Shown piece by piece: positions 35,397 through 46,516 of a stretch of 64,000 nt of DNA (its first letter is position 1; every line of letters begins with the position of its first letter). Below the pieces are notes generated by a model that did not search any database, was not told the origin of the DNA, and worked only from the letters and a program-made list of their open reading frames with translations. The translations under genes and the position numbers were made by a program. Origin of the DNA: Escherichia coli (lineage in GTDB: Bacteria > Pseudomonadota > Gammaproteobacteria > Enterobacterales > Enterobacteriaceae); the NCBI RefSeq assembly GCF_024502345.1, contig NZ_JALDNN010000001.1, one strand, 5' to 3'.

Positions 35397-36146
35397 ATGG
35401 CTACCTACCGACACGACCCTGATCTTGAATTTCTGCGCCACTGCCATCGTGACGATCTGGATTTACTGGTTTCTGTGCTTATCTGCGATCCGAAAGACGG
35501 ACTGGCACGCATCACGGAAACGCTGACCTATGATCCTCAGTATAAAAAACACAAGCCCAACCACCCGCGCTACTGGGATGCCATTGCCGCCGAGGTTCAG
35601 ACGTTTGGGGCGAACAGCTTTGCCACGCTGCTCCGCTGGGGTAAAGGGGTGCTGTACCGGGAAATTCTCACCGATGCCTGCGATAAAATGAAGGTGAACT
35701 ACAACAACAAATCCAGTGTTGAAACCATTGAAATGAATCTGCTGATGAAGATCCTGGAGAAAAGTCTTGAGAAGATGACGCCTGACCAGCTAAAGACCGT
35801 GGCGGAAGAATTGCAGACAGGCTACAGCAACCCCACGCCGGAGTTGCTGACCATGGCAATCCAGGCGGGGATAAAAACATCCGGGTTTGCGGCCTATCAG
35901 ATGGCACTTGTTGTCACAAATGGTGTGGCGAAAGCCCTGTTAGGCAGAGGGCTGACCGTTGCAGGAAATGCCATGCTGACGCGTACCATGGGCGCTTTTG
36001 CCGGTCCCGTGGGCTGGGTGCTCAGTTCTCTCTGGCTGCTGATTGATTTAGCCGGTCCCGCATACCGGGTGACGCTACCATCCTGCATTTTTATTGCCTA
36101 CATGCGCCAGAAGCATCTTTATTCACCTGAGAATACTGACGTTTAG
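35397..36146 (+). CDS. YaaW-like protein (UPF0174/DUF3944 family)
   Basis: 249-aa ORF; N-terminal DLEFLRHC and C-terminal GPVGW...AYRVTLP segments resemble E. coli YaaW as I recall it. Confidence 0.55.
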   Translation: MATYRHDPDLEFLRHCHRDDLDLLVSVLICDPKDGLARITETLTYDPQYKKHKPNHPRYWDAIAAEVQTFGANSFATLLRWGKGVLYREILTDACDKMKVNYNNKSSVETIEMNLLMKILEKSLEKMTPDQLKTVAEELQTGYSNPTPELLTMAIQAGIKTSGFAAYQMALVVTNGVAKALLGRGLTVAGNAMLTRTMGAFAGPVGWVLSSLWLLIDLAGPAYRVTLPSCIFIAYMRQKHLYSPENTDV

Positions 36147-36248
36147 CACTTACATTTAAGGTATTCAGACTTTAAAAAACTTCAGAGGGCGGACAAATCC
36201 TGTCCGCTACTGCTGGCATCATTTCCCGGCTAAATTCGGAAATGATGT

Positions 36249-36962
36249 ATGACGCTGATAACACAAGAAAACGAACATGACAGACTGGCAACCCGCCTTT
36301 CCATCATCCTGAGCCGTTTGTTTCAGGGTGAAAAGCTGCATATCGGGACGCTGGCAGAAGAATTTGGAGTGACGACGCGAACGCTGCGACGGGATTTCAA
36401 CGTCCGTCTGACCTACCTTGATATTGAACAGAGCAACGGCGTGTATCAGCTTGCCTCACATTACTTTCGTCGCCGCACGGAACGGGATATGAAGATACTG
36501 GCGAGGTTGCTGCATCTTGACCGTCTGTTACCCGCGATGGATGCCAAACTACTGAGCCTGATGCTTGACGGGGAACGTCCCTCGCCATACAGGATTATGC
36601 TACCGGAGCCGCGCCAGAAACCCACCCTTTTCGGTGATTTCAGCAGACTGACGCTCGCCATACTTAACCAGACCCAGGTGCGTATCAGAACCGACGAAAA
36701 CGTCAGCCATACCGTTCATCCCTACCGTCTGCTTTGCAGCCATGCGGAGTGGTTTCTTGCCGGATGTACGTCATCGGGCGTGTTCGTTATTTCCCTGTCC
36801 CGAATCAGGCTGGTTGAGGTATTACCGGATACAACGTTTGAGATCGATAACACACTCATTTCGCTGATTGAACAGTCTGACTTTATGGAAGCCTTACCCC
36901 ACATGAACATTATTCATCAGATAATGCATTACGGGAGTAAACAGACGAATAATCGTAATTAA
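36249..36962 (+). CDS. WYL-domain transcriptional regulator (BrxR/CapW-like)
   Basis: 237-aa ORF with N-terminal HTH (HIGTLAEEFGVTTRTLRRDF) and WYL-type motif (HPYRLLCSHAEWFLAGC); sits upstream of restriction genes. Confidence 0.7.
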   Translation: MTLITQENEHDRLATRLSIILSRLFQGEKLHIGTLAEEFGVTTRTLRRDFNVRLTYLDIEQSNGVYQLASHYFRRRTERDMKILARLLHLDRLLPAMDAKLLSLMLDGERPSPYRIMLPEPRQKPTLFGDFSRLTLAILNQTQVRIRTDENVSHTVHPYRLLCSHAEWFLAGCTSSGVFVISLSRIRLVEVLPDTTFEIDNTLISLIEQSDFMEALPHMNIIHQIMHYGSKQTNNRN

Positions 36963-37002
36963 AATCACAACATATTATTAGTGATGATTAAATCACATTA
37001 AC

Positions 37003-37332
37003 ATGATAAGTGAGAAAGTTATGATTATCGATAAAGAATACGCACTTGTAAATGCAACAGCAAGACTTAACACTGACCTGAGGGATTATGAATATGAAAT
37101 AAACAACGCCGCCATCATAACATTTGGCAATGACCTCATTGAGGTAATCGTATATCAGTTCAGCTTTGTCATCAGCATCAGGGCAGAGGGTGAAAAAATA
37201 AAGCACGGCCTACTTGTTAACTTCGGTAAAAATATAGCAAGACAGGTTTCATCACTTTGTGCATCCGCAATGCGAGTCTACCCGAATGAAAAACACAAAC
37301 CGAGCCGTCAGCTTTTCCATTGCATAAATTAG
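37003..37332 (+). CDS. hypothetical protein
   Basis: 109-aa AT-rich ORF between the WYL regulator and the type IV restriction gene; may be non-coding. Confidence 0.3.
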   Translation: MISEKVMIIDKEYALVNATARLNTDLRDYEYEINNAAIITFGNDLIEVIVYQFSFVISIRAEGEKIKHGLLVNFGKNIARQVSSLCASAMRVYPNEKHKPSRQLFHCIN

Positions 37333-37393
37333 TTTGTGCAAAGACTGTACTACCGACACGCAATAAATTAAAATAGGCCAGCTAATATAACAT

Positions 37394-39271
37394 ATGAGGT
37401 TTATGATGGCTGGCCAGTATGAAAAAGCAATAACGATAAAACAAGCGATAGATTCAATTAATTTACGCCACTATCTTCTGCCTGCAATTCAGAGGAAGTT
37501 CGTCTGGAGCAGCAGTCAAATATGTTTGCTGTTTGATTCCATCATGCGAGACTACCCGATAAACTCTTTCATGATGTGGGATATCCGTAGTGCCAGTATT
37601 AAAAATGATTACAAATTCTATGAATTCCTGAAAGAATACTGTCAGCGATTTAATGAAGAAAACCCCTGCGTAGCAACAAATGCTGGATTTCATGATTTCA
37701 AGGCGGTGATTGATGGTCAGCAGCGTCTCACATCATTATATATTGGATTGTGTGGAACGTATGCGTATAAACAGCCCCGGGTGTGGTGGCCTTCGGCACA
37801 GGATGATCGCATCCTGCCGCCCAGAAAGCTTTACGTCGATTTAACAGCGCCACTTAATTCAGACGATGAGCTCATGATGAAGTATAACTTCAGGTTCCTG
37901 ACCGACAAGCAATACGCTGATTCACTTACAGACAACAAGCATCACTGGTTCTGCCTGCACGAAATATTCAAATACGAGCAACATGATTCGCCTGATGATA
38001 TTTTATTTAACGTTGTCGTACCAGAACTCGAAAAAAGAGGACTCATTTCCAGTGAATTTTCCAGAAAAACATTACTGAGACTTTATACAAAAATAAGAAC
38101 TGAGAACATCATCCACTACTTCAATGAGAGTAGTCAGGATATTGACCATGTGCTGGATGTTTTCATACGCACGAACAGCGGGGGGACAAAACTTGAGTTC
38201 TCCGACTTACTGATGTCAATAGCGGTAGCGCACTGGCAGGGTGATTTCAGAAGAGAACTGGATGAACTGACAAAAAACATTTATCAGAATAATGAAATGG
38301 GGTTTTATATTGAAAGAGACTGGTTCTTAAAAACCAGCCTGATGCTTATTGACTCTGACGTCCGGTTCAAAGTAAAAAACTTCACTTCAGAGGAGGTCGG
38401 TAAGATACAACAACAATGGTCTGAAATAAAATCCTGCATCAAGGAGACTTTTATTCTTATCAGGCGATTCGGCATCAATCCACAGTCTTTGATATCTAAA
38501 AATGCAGTCATTCCTGTGGTCTACTGGCTTTACAAAAAGCAAACCAGTGGACATCCATTATATACAACGATTAACCTCCTGAATAAAAACCACAATGAAC
38601 GCTCAGTAATTAGCCAGTGGTTTTACATGGTACTTCTGAAAGGGATCTTTGGAAGCCAGGCAGATGCGCTACTCACGAGTATCAGAGATGTAATGAAAAA
38701 TAGTCTTTCAGATATTCACTTTCCTCTTGAAAAGATTATTGACAGATATAAAGGCTCGAATAAAGACCTCAGATTTGACGACGAATACATCGAAAGCCTT
38801 CTCAATATCAGATATGGCGAAGGTCGTTGCCGCGCACTATTGCATCTTCTGTTCCCTGAAATGAATCCGACCGAGGTGTTTCATATTGATCACCTTCACC
38901 CAAGAAATCACTTCTCAAAGAAATATCTTGAAAAATTAGATTATGTTGCGAACTCACCAGAGAACCTCAGCTTTTATGAAAACCCGGAACACTGGGACAC
39001 CATACCTAATCTTCATTTACTGAATCATTCTCAGAATATAAGTAAACAGGATACTTCCCTGAAACAATGGCTATCTCAGCCATCAAACAACTATTCGCCA
39101 TCAATGCTGTTAGTTTCAGATGAAAATATTGAGTTCAGTCGCTTCCCGGAATTCTACAATGAACGAAGAAACGCCCTGAAGCAAAGACTACTGAATCGGG
39201 TATTTCTTACAACAAAAATAGATTCATCACCATCCACAATCGATACGGATGAAGAAATTCTCACCGACTGA
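37394..39271 (+). CDS. GmrSD-family type IV restriction endonuclease (DUF262 + DUF1524)
   Basis: N-terminal DUF262 hallmark DGQQR (in KAVIDGQQRLTSLYIG) and C-terminal His-Me finger-like HIDHLHPRNH; likely start at ATG 37406 after GAGG. Confidence 0.8.
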   Translation: MRFMMAGQYEKAITIKQAIDSINLRHYLLPAIQRKFVWSSSQICLLFDSIMRDYPINSFMMWDIRSASIKNDYKFYEFLKEYCQRFNEENPCVATNAGFHDFKAVIDGQQRLTSLYIGLCGTYAYKQPRVWWPSAQDDRILPPRKLYVDLTAPLNSDDELMMKYNFRFLTDKQYADSLTDNKHHWFCLHEIFKYEQHDSPDDILFNVVVPELEKRGLISSEFSRKTLLRLYTKIRTENIIHYFNESSQDIDHVLDVFIRTNSGGTKLEFSDLLMSIAVAHWQGDFRRELDELTKNIYQNNEMGFYIERDWFLKTSLMLIDSDVRFKVKNFTSEEVGKIQQQWSEIKSCIKETFILIRRFGINPQSLISKNAVIPVVYWLYKKQTSGHPLYTTINLLNKNHNERSVISQWFYMVLLKGIFGSQADALLTSIRDVMKNSLSDIHFPLEKIIDRYKGSNKDLRFDDEYIESLLNIRYGEGRCRALLHLLFPEMNPTEVFHIDHLHPRNHFSKKYLEKLDYVANSPENLSFYENPEHWDTIPNLHLLNHSQNISKQDTSLKQWLSQPSNNYSPSMLLVSDENIEFSRFPEFYNERRNALKQRLLNRVFLTTKIDSSPSTIDTDEEILTD

Positions 39272-39474
39272 ACGTTCAGCCCCGATAGTATTGGGGCTTC
39301 AGTATTTATCATCAGCGCAACGTTTCTACTGGCCTGGCTGAAAGAGCATTGGCTACACAACCGGGCAAACGAACTCTCAGTGCAACGTATGACATACAAA
39401 GCCTGTCATCAATATGAAATTGCGATAAAATCGGGCCAATAACAGTACTTAAGAATCATACAACAGGATACAAA

Positions 39475-41031
39475 ATGACAAGCCTTCAGCAGCGTGCAGA
39501 GCTACACCGTCAAATCTGGGCCATTGCCAATGATGTCAGAGGCTCCGTAGATGGGTGGGATTTTAAACAGTATGTACTCGGTGCACTTTTCTACCGCTTC
39601 ATCAGTGAGAATTTTTCCAGCTACATGGAAGCAGGGGATGAGAGCATACATTATGCAGCACTTGATGACAGCATCATTACCGATGACATCAAAGACGATG
39701 CCATCAGGACTAAAGGCTATTTCATCTACCCGAGCCAGCTGTTCTGCAACGTTGCCGCTAAAGCGAACACCAACGACAGGCTGAATGCTGATTTAAACAG
39801 TATCTTCGTCGCTATAGAAAGCTCTGCCTACGGCTACCCGTCAGAGGCCGACATCAAAGGCCTGTTCGCCGATTTCGATACGACCAGCAATCGACTGGGG
39901 AACACAGTTAAAGACAAAAACAGCCGTCTTGCCGCGGTTCTGAAAGGGGTTGAAGGGTTAAAACTTGGTGACTTCAACGAACATCAGATTGACCTGTTCG
40001 GTGATGCCTATGAGTTCCTGATTTCTAACTATGCCGCAAATGCCGGTAAGTCAGGCGGTGAGTTCTTTACACCGCAGCACGTCTCCAAGCTGATTGCACA
40101 ACTGGCTATGCACGGGCAGACCAGCGTTAACAAAATCTACGACCCGGCAGCGGGTTCCGGCTCACTGTTGTTGCAGGCGAAAAAACAGTTTGATAACCAC
40201 ATCATCGAAGAAGGCTTTTTCGGTCAGGAAATCAACCATACGACCTATAACCTGGCGCGTATGAACATGTTTTTGCACAATATCAACTACGACAAGTTTG
40301 ATATCAAGCTGGGTAATACACTGACTGAGCCGCACTTCAGAGATGAAAAACCGTTTGACGCCATCGTATCTAATCCACCGTATTCGGTGAAATGGATTGG
40401 CAGCGATGACCCGACGCTGATTAACGATGAACGTTTTGCCCCGGCTGGCGTTCTGGCCCCCAAATCCAAAGCTGACTTTGCGTTTGTATTACATGCACTG
40501 AACTATCTTTCTGCCAAAGGTCGTGCTGCGATTGTCTGCTTCCCGGGTATTTTTTACCGTGGCGGCGCAGAGCAGAAAATCCGTCAATATCTGGTCGACA
40601 ATAACTATGTCGAAACCGTGATTTCACTGGCACCGAACCTGTTCTTTGGCACCACCATTGCCGTCAATATTCTGGTGCTGTCTAAACATAAAACGGATAC
40701 CAAAGTTCAGTTTATTGATGCCAGCGAATTATTCAAAAAAGAGACTAACAACAATATCCTGACCGATGCCCATATCGAACAGATTATGCAGGTATTTGCC
40801 AGCAAGGAAGATGTTGCTCATCTGGCGAAATCTGTCGCGTTTGAGACCGTTGTCGCTAATGACTATAACCTGTCGGTGAGCTGCTATGTAGAAGCGAAAG
40901 ATAACCGCGAAATTATCAATATTGCTGAGCTAAATGCAGAGCTTAAAACTACGGTTAGCAAAATCGACCAGTTGCGTAAAGATATTGATGCGATTGTGGC
41001 TGAAATTGAAGGCTGCGAGGTGCAGAAATGA
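39475..41031 (+). CDS. hsdM: type I restriction-modification system methyltransferase subunit
   Basis: 518-aa ORF with SAM-binding [11 protein letters not shown] and catalytic NPPY (IVSNPPYS) motifs. Confidence 0.9.
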   Translation: MTSLQQRAELHRQIWAIANDVRGSVDGWDFKQYVLGALFYRFISENFSSYMEAGDESIHYAALDDSIITDDIKDDAIRTKGYFIYPSQLFCNVAAKANTNDRLNADLNSIFVAIESSAYGYPSEADIKGLFADFDTTSNRLGNTVKDKNSRLAAVLKGVEGLKLGDFNEHQIDLFGDAYEFLISNYAANAGKSGGEFFTPQHVSKLIAQLAMHGQTSVNKIYDPAAGSGSLLLQAKKQFDNHIIEEGFFGQEINHTTYNLARMNMFLHNINYDKFDIKLGNTLTEPHFRDEKPFDAIVSNPPYSVKWIGSDDPTLINDERFAPAGVLAPKSKADFAFVLHALNYLSAKGRAAIVCFPGIFYRGGAEQKIRQYLVDNNYVETVISLAPNLFFGTTIAVNILVLSKHKTDTKVQFIDASELFKKETNNNILTDAHIEQIMQVFASKEDVAHLAKSVAFETVVANDYNLSVSCYVEAKDNREIINIAELNAELKTTVSKIDQLRKDIDAIVAEIEGCEVQK

Positions 41032-42200
41032 GCGAGTTGAGTTATCTGGAAAAATTGCTGGATGGGGTTGAGGTTGAGTGGAAATCATTGGGAGATGTTG
41101 TAAATTTTCAGCGCGGAAGGCGGCTCGTAAAATCTCAGTTAGAAACCAGAGGTAAATATGCGGTTTACCAAAACAGCATGACACCACTCGGTTACTATCA
41201 TGAGTATAATGTCGCAGCTCAATCTTCGTTCATTATCTGTGCGGGTGCAGCCGGTGAAATTGGTTATAGCGAAAATGAATTTTGGGCTGCCGACGATGTT
41301 CATTTCGCAATCACACCAGAATATATAAATGACAGGTTTTTGTTTCATTTTTTGTTGACGCAAAAGAATAAAATTTCAGGACAAGTACGCCGTGCCAGTA
41401 TTCCGCGTCTCTCAAAGTCAGTAATTGAAAAACTTGAATTCCCCATCCCCTGCCCGGATAATCCGGAAAAGTCCCTTGCCATCCAGTCTGAAATCGTTCG
41501 GATTCTGGATAAATTTACTGCACTTACCGCTGAGCTTACCGCTGAGCTTAACATGCGTAAAAAACAGTACAACTACTATCGCGACCAGTTGCTGAGTTTT
41601 GATGAGGGTGAGGTTGAGTGGAAGGCTTTGGAGGAAGTCTCAACTTTTGCTAATGGAAAGGGGCATGAAAAAGACATATCAGAAGACGGTAAATATATTG
41701 TTGTAAACTCTAAGTTTATATCTACCAATGGCGAAGTCGCCAAGTTATCAAACAAACAGCTATGCCCTCTTTTTAAAGACGATATTCTTTTGGTTATGAG
41801 TGACCTGCCCAATGGCAAAGCACTTTCAAAAACATTTATTGTTGATGAAGATCATAAATACACTTTAAACCAACGTATTGGTGGAATTACAGTAAAAAAC
41901 AGTAATGAATTACTCCCTAAGTTTTTGCACTATTTTTTAAATAGAACCCCGCAATTGCTGAAACATGACAATGGTGTTGATCAAACAAATTTGCGTAAAG
42001 GTCAAATACTTGAAGTAAAAATACCAATAATTTCACTCATCAAACAAGTTCAGATCGTTGAAACTCTTGATAAATTCGATACTTACACTAAGTCGATTTC
42101 AGAAGGCCTCCCGCGCGAAATCGAGCTGCGCCATAAACAGTACGAGTACTATCGTGATTTATTGTTCAGCTTCCCGAGACCAGAAACCGCCAGCAACTGA
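41028..42200 (+). CDS. hsdS: type I restriction-modification system specificity subunit
   Basis: 390-aa ORF with two target-recognition halves and repeated conserved segments (EVEWKSL...[15 protein letters not shown]; EVEWKAL...[15 protein letters not shown]); start overlaps the hsdM stop. Confidence 0.9.
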   Translation: MSELSYLEKLLDGVEVEWKSLGDVVNFQRGRRLVKSQLETRGKYAVYQNSMTPLGYYHEYNVAAQSSFIICAGAAGEIGYSENEFWAADDVHFAITPEYINDRFLFHFLLTQKNKISGQVRRASIPRLSKSVIEKLEFPIPCPDNPEKSLAIQSEIVRILDKFTALTAELTAELNMRKKQYNYYRDQLLSFDEGEVEWKALEEVSTFANGKGHEKDISEDGKYIVVNSKFISTNGEVAKLSNKQLCPLFKDDILLVMSDLPNGKALSKTFIVDEDHKYTLNQRIGGITVKNSNELLPKFLHYFLNRTPQLLKHDNGVDQTNLRKGQILEVKIPIISLIKQVQIVETLDKFDTYTKSISEGLPREIELRHKQYEYYRDLLFSFPRPETASN

Positions 42201-42316
42201 CGGACCATTGATACCGGCAGGGTTTGTTCTCACCCGCCCGGTATCAGGCTTTAAGAATGCCGGAAGATGCTTCTGATACCCTTCCGGAATTTGCCAGATG
42301 ACGCACAGGATGCACC

Positions 42317-45300
42317 ATGACACAACAGATACACACCATTGCTGAATCCAATAACTTTATCGTCCTTGATAAATACACCAAAGTTCTGGAGAACGGCGAC
42401 AGCTACCAGAGCGAATCGGATCTTGAGCGGGAACTGATTCAGGACCTTCTGAATCAGGGCTATGAATTTATATCCGTTAAGTCACCGACAGCGATGCTGG
42501 CGAATGCACGGGACCAGCTTCAGCATCTTAATGGTGTGGTGTTTAACGAAAGTGAATGGCGGCGCTTCGCAGAGCAGTATCTGGACAGCCCCAGTGACAG
42601 CAGCCTGGACAAAACTCGTAAAATCCATATCGACTATATCTGTGATTTCACGTTTGATGACGGTCGTCTGGAAAACATCTATCTGATAGATAAAAAGAAC
42701 CTGCTGCGCAATAAGGTGCAGGTCATTCAGCAGTTTGAACAGACCGGCTCACACGCTAACCGTTATGACGTCACCATTCTGGTTAACGGCCTGCCACTGG
42801 TGCAAATCGAACTCAAAAAGCGCGGCGTGGCTATTCGTGAAGCCTTTAACCAGATACACCGTTACAGCAAGGAAAGCTTTAACAGCGACAACTCCCTGTT
42901 TAAATACCTGCAACTGTTTGTGATATCTAACGGAACCGATACCCGGTACTTTGCCAGTACCACTAAGCGGGATAAAAACAGCTTTGATTTCACCATGAAC
43001 TGGGCGAAGTCGGATAACACTCTGATTAAGGACCTGAAGGACTTTACCGCCACCTTCTTCCAGAAACATACCCTGCTGAATGTTCTGTTTAATTACAGCG
43101 TGTTTGACAGCAGCCAGACTCTGCTCGTCATGCGCCCCTATCAGATTGCCGCCACTGAGCGAATCCTCTGGAAAATTAACAGCTCATTTAAAGCGAAGAA
43201 TTGGTCAAAACCCGAAAGCGGCGGGTTTATCTGGCATACCACCGGGTCAGGCAAAACCCTGACCAGTTTTAAGGCTGCACGACTGGCAACCGAACTGGAC
43301 TTTATAGACAAAGTCTTCTTCGTGGTCGACAGAAAAGACCTTGATTACCAGACAATGAAGGAGTATCAGCGCTTTTCTCCGGACAGCGTCAACGGTTCGG
43401 ATAATACAGCAGGCCTCAGAAGAAACCTGGATAAGGACGATAACAAAATCATCGTCACAACCATTCAGAAACTCAATAACCTGATGAAAGCCGAAGCTGA
43501 CCTGCCCGTCTATCAGCAGCAGGTAGTGTTTATCTTTGATGAGTGTCACCGCAGCCAGTTTGGTGAGGCCCAGAAAAACCTCAAAAAGAAATTCAGACGC
43601 TTTTATCAGTTTGGTTTTACCGGTACGCCTATTTTCCCGGAAAATGCACTGGGGGCAGAAACCACAACCAGCGTGTTCGGGCGTGAGTTACATTCTTACG
43701 TCATTACTGATGCGATTCGTGATGAAAAAGTACTGAAGTTTAAGGTGGACTATAACGATGTCCGCCCACAGTTTAAGTCTCTTGAAACGGAAACAGACGA
43801 GAAAAAACTCAGCGCGGCTGAAAACCAACAGGCATTTTTGCACCCCCTGCGTATCCAGGAAATAACGCAATACATTCTCAATAACTTCCGGCAGAAAACA
43901 CACCGAACCTTCCCGGGAGCTAAGGGCTTTAACGCCATGTTAGCAGTTAGCAGCGTGGACGCGGCGAAAGCTTATTACACGACGTTTAAAATGCTACAGG
44001 AAGAAGCAGAGAAGAAATCTGGCAGCTATAAATGCCTTCGGGTGGCAACCATCTTCTCCTTTGCTGCAAATGAAGAGCAAAGCGCCATTGGTGATATTAC
44101 TGACGAAAGCTTTGATACCAGTGCAATGAACAGCAGCGCGAAGGAATTCCTGGATTCAGCCATTGATGACTATAACAATCACTTTAAAACCAATTTCAGC
44201 ACCGACAGTAACGGTTTCCAGAACTACTACCGCAATTTAGCTCAACGAGTGAAAAATCAGGATATTGACCTTCTCATCGTGGTGGGAATGTTCTTGACTG
44301 GCTTTGATGCCCCGACGCTTAACACTCTTTTCGTTGACAAAAACCTCCGTTATCACGGCCTGATGCAGGCATTTTCCCGCACAAACCGTATCTATGATGC
44401 CACCAAAACCTTCGGCAATATCGTGACTTTCAGGGATCTGGAGCGTCCGACCATTGATGCCATCACACTATTTGGCGACAAAAACACCAAGAATGTGGTG
44501 CTGGAAAAAAGCTACGAAGAGTACATGCAGGGCTTTACCGATGCGGCAACCGGTGAGGCTAAACGAGGTTTTATGGCTGTTGTTTCGGAGCTGGAGCAGC
44601 GCTTCCCTGACCCTGCCAGTATCGACAGTGAAAAAGAGAAAAAAGCCTTCGTCAAACTGTTTGGTGAATATCTGCGGGCAGAAAACATCCTGCAAAACTA
44701 TGATGAATTTGCCACGCTGAAAGCCCTGCAGAAGGTTGATATTAGTGACCCGGAAGCGGTAGAAACCTTTAAAGCAGAGCACTATGTGGATGATGAAAAA
44801 TTTGCTGAATTACAAACCATTCGTCTCCCGGCAGAACGTAAAGTTCAGGACTATCGCTCAGCATACAATGATATCCGGGACTGGCAGCGACGCGAAAAAG
44901 CATCAAACGACAGGGATAAATCAACCACAGACTGGGATGACGTGGTGTTTGAAATTGACCTGCTGAAGTCGCAGGAAATTAACCTGGATTACATCCTTGG
45001 TCTGATTTTCGACCACAATCGTCAGAAAAAAGGTAAAGAAGCCCTGACTGAAGAGGTCAGACGCTTAATCCGCTCAAGTCTGGGCAACCGTGCCAAAGAA
45101 GGTCTGATTGTTGACTTTATTCAGCAAACTAACCTTGATGACATGCCGGACAAGGCCAGTATCATTGATGCATTCTTTACCTATGCTCAGCGTGAACAGC
45201 AACGGGAAGCAGAGGCGTTGATTAAGGAAGAAAACCTCAATGAAGAGGCTGCAAGGCGCTATATCCGCACATCACTAAAACGGGAGTATGCCACCGAAAA

Positions 45301-45433
45301 TGGGACGGAGCTAAATGAGACGCTACCAAAGCTCAGTCCGCTGAATCCTCAGTACAAAACGAAAAAGCAGACTGTATTCCAGAAAATTGGGGCATTTATC
45401 GAAAAATTTAAAGGGGTTGGAGGACACCTCTAG
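42317..45433 (+). CDS. hsdR: type I restriction enzyme R subunit (helicase/endonuclease)
   Basis: 1038-aa ORF with helicase motifs RPYQ, TGSGKT and DECH (IFDECHRSQ). Confidence 0.9.
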   Translation: MTQQIHTIAESNNFIVLDKYTKVLENGDSYQSESDLERELIQDLLNQGYEFISVKSPTAMLANARDQLQHLNGVVFNESEWRRFAEQYLDSPSDSSLDKTRKIHIDYICDFTFDDGRLENIYLIDKKNLLRNKVQVIQQFEQTGSHANRYDVTILVNGLPLVQIELKKRGVAIREAFNQIHRYSKESFNSDNSLFKYLQLFVISNGTDTRYFASTTKRDKNSFDFTMNWAKSDNTLIKDLKDFTATFFQKHTLLNVLFNYSVFDSSQTLLVMRPYQIAATERILWKINSSFKAKNWSKPESGGFIWHTTGSGKTLTSFKAARLATELDFIDKVFFVVDRKDLDYQTMKEYQRFSPDSVNGSDNTAGLRRNLDKDDNKIIVTTIQKLNNLMKAEADLPVYQQQVVFIFDECHRSQFGEAQKNLKKKFRRFYQFGFTGTPIFPENALGAETTTSVFGRELHSYVITDAIRDEKVLKFKVDYNDVRPQFKSLETETDEKKLSAAENQQAFLHPLRIQEITQYILNNFRQKTHRTFPGAKGFNAMLAVSSVDAAKAYYTTFKMLQEEAEKKSGSYKCLRVATIFSFAANEEQSAIGDITDESFDTSAMNSSAKEFLDSAIDDYNNHFKTNFSTDSNGFQNYYRNLAQRVKNQDIDLLIVVGMFLTGFDAPTLNTLFVDKNLRYHGLMQAFSRTNRIYDATKTFGNIVTFRDLERPTIDAITLFGDKNTKNVVLEKSYEEYMQGFTDAATGEAKRGFMAVVSELEQRFPDPASIDSEKEKKAFVKLFGEYLRAENILQNYDEFATLKALQKVDISDPEAVETFKAEHYVDDEKFAELQTIRLPAERKVQDYRSAYNDIRDWQRREKASNDRDKSTTDWDDVVFEIDLLKSQEINLDYILGLIFDHNRQKKGKEALTEEVRRLIRSSLGNRAKEGLIVDFIQQTNLDDMPDKASIIDAFFTYAQREQQREAEALIKEENLNEEAARRYIRTSLKREYATENGTELNETLPKLSPLNPQYKTKKQTVFQKIGAFIEKFKGVGGHL

Positions 45434-45654
45434 ATGTCAGATAAAAGAACAATGCGCTACCGCAATTTATGGGTAAGATTGTATCTTTTAACCTGCATCA
45501 GACCTGTTATGATCGATGAGGCGCTGGTTAATGTTAATGCTAACTGGATGAGTTTTAATCGCTGATTCAGACAATTAGCGTCCAGAACTCACAGAAACCA
45601 GTGCTTGATTTTGGATGGTAAAGTGCTGAACGGACGTATCACAGGAGAATGCTT

Positions 45655-45993
45655 ATGAGCGTAACTATAAAAGACGATCGACTCCGTACCATCGCTACCT
45701 TTGACGGTAAAACCCTGAAAGACGACCGGCTCAGGACCATCGCAACGTTTGACGGTAAAACCCTGAAAGACGACCGGCTCAGAACCATCTCAACTTTTGA
45801 CGGTAAAACCCTGAAAGACGACCGACTCCGCACCATCGCTACCTTTGATGGCAAGACCCTGAAAGACGATCGACTCCGCACCATCGCAACATTTGATGGT
45901 AAAACACTTAAAGACGATCGACTCAGAACCATCGCGACAGTTAATGGTAATGTTAGTATTGTTGTTTTGGCGTTTGCTGCTCGGCTATTTTAG
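45655..45993 (+). CDS. hypothetical tandem-repeat protein
   Basis: ORF after AGGAGA with five full and one partial 16-aa repeats (DDRLRTIATFDGKTLK), encoded by 48-bp tandem DNA repeats; could instead be a non-coding minisatellite. Confidence 0.4.
   Translation: MSVTIKDDRLRTIATFDGKTLKDDRLRTIATFDGKTLKDDRLRTISTFDGKTLKDDRLRTIATFDGKTLKDDRLRTIATFDGKTLKDDRLRTIATVNGNVSIVVLAFAARLF
45667..45960. repeat. 48-bp tandem repeat array, about six copies
   Basis: Near-identical units AAAGACGAYCGRCTCMGNACCATCGCNACNTTTGAYGGYAARACCCTG repeated head to tail. Confidence 0.85.
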
Positions 45994-46270
45994 GGCTAAG
46001 AGCCTATCTCAACAGAGATTAATACTTTACCCAAAAGATATAATATCAGTATCTAAAAGCCTGCACCGTCTGATTTTTAGTCATTGAATCGCGAGAACGG
46101 GAGATAATTTCTCTTCTATGGGTATAGGCTCATAATGGTAGGATTCTGGTAGCTTCGAAACGCCGTATTTAAGCAATACTTAAGTCATGAAGAACCAAAC
46201 TTAAACATTTTTCTCAAGGTAAACCAGTAAAAAACTGTTAGTGCTGATGGATCGTTTGGGCTCTTTTAAA

Positions 46271-46319
46271 GGGATTGAAAATCCCCGTGTCCTTGGTTCG
46301 ATTCCGAGTCCGGGCACCA
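46271..46319 (+). repeat. 49-bp direct repeat of the tRNA-Phe 3-prime end (island junction, att-site core)
   Basis: GGGATTGAAAATCCCCGTGTCCTTGGTTCGATTCCGAGTCCGGGCACCA is identical to tRNA-Phe positions 20172..20220. Confidence 0.95.
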
Positions 46320-46333
46320 AATTCATATCAACG

Positions 46334-46358
46334 GACCTCCACGGAGGTCCGTTTTTCG
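46334..46358 (+). terminator. hairpin terminator after the partial tRNA copy
   Basis: GGACCTCC-ACG-GAGGTCCG followed by TTTTTCGTTT. Confidence 0.7.
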
Positions 46359-46516
46359 TTTCAGAACGCCACAATTTAAGCGTTCTGCCTCCAAATCAAT
46401 TCTACCGAACTCAACCAGATTCCCCCCACATCAACCCCATTGTGTGGGTATAATTGCGGGTATACCCCAGTTCGACAGAATTTGTACCCTCTTTAACGCA
46501 TTCAGAAGGCTGAACT

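Noticed and set aside
45639-45932. 97-aa minus-strand ORF across the 48-bp tandem repeats
   Set aside because: Any frame stays open through a perfect tandem array; the plus-strand ORF has the better ribosome-binding site, and even that may be non-coding.
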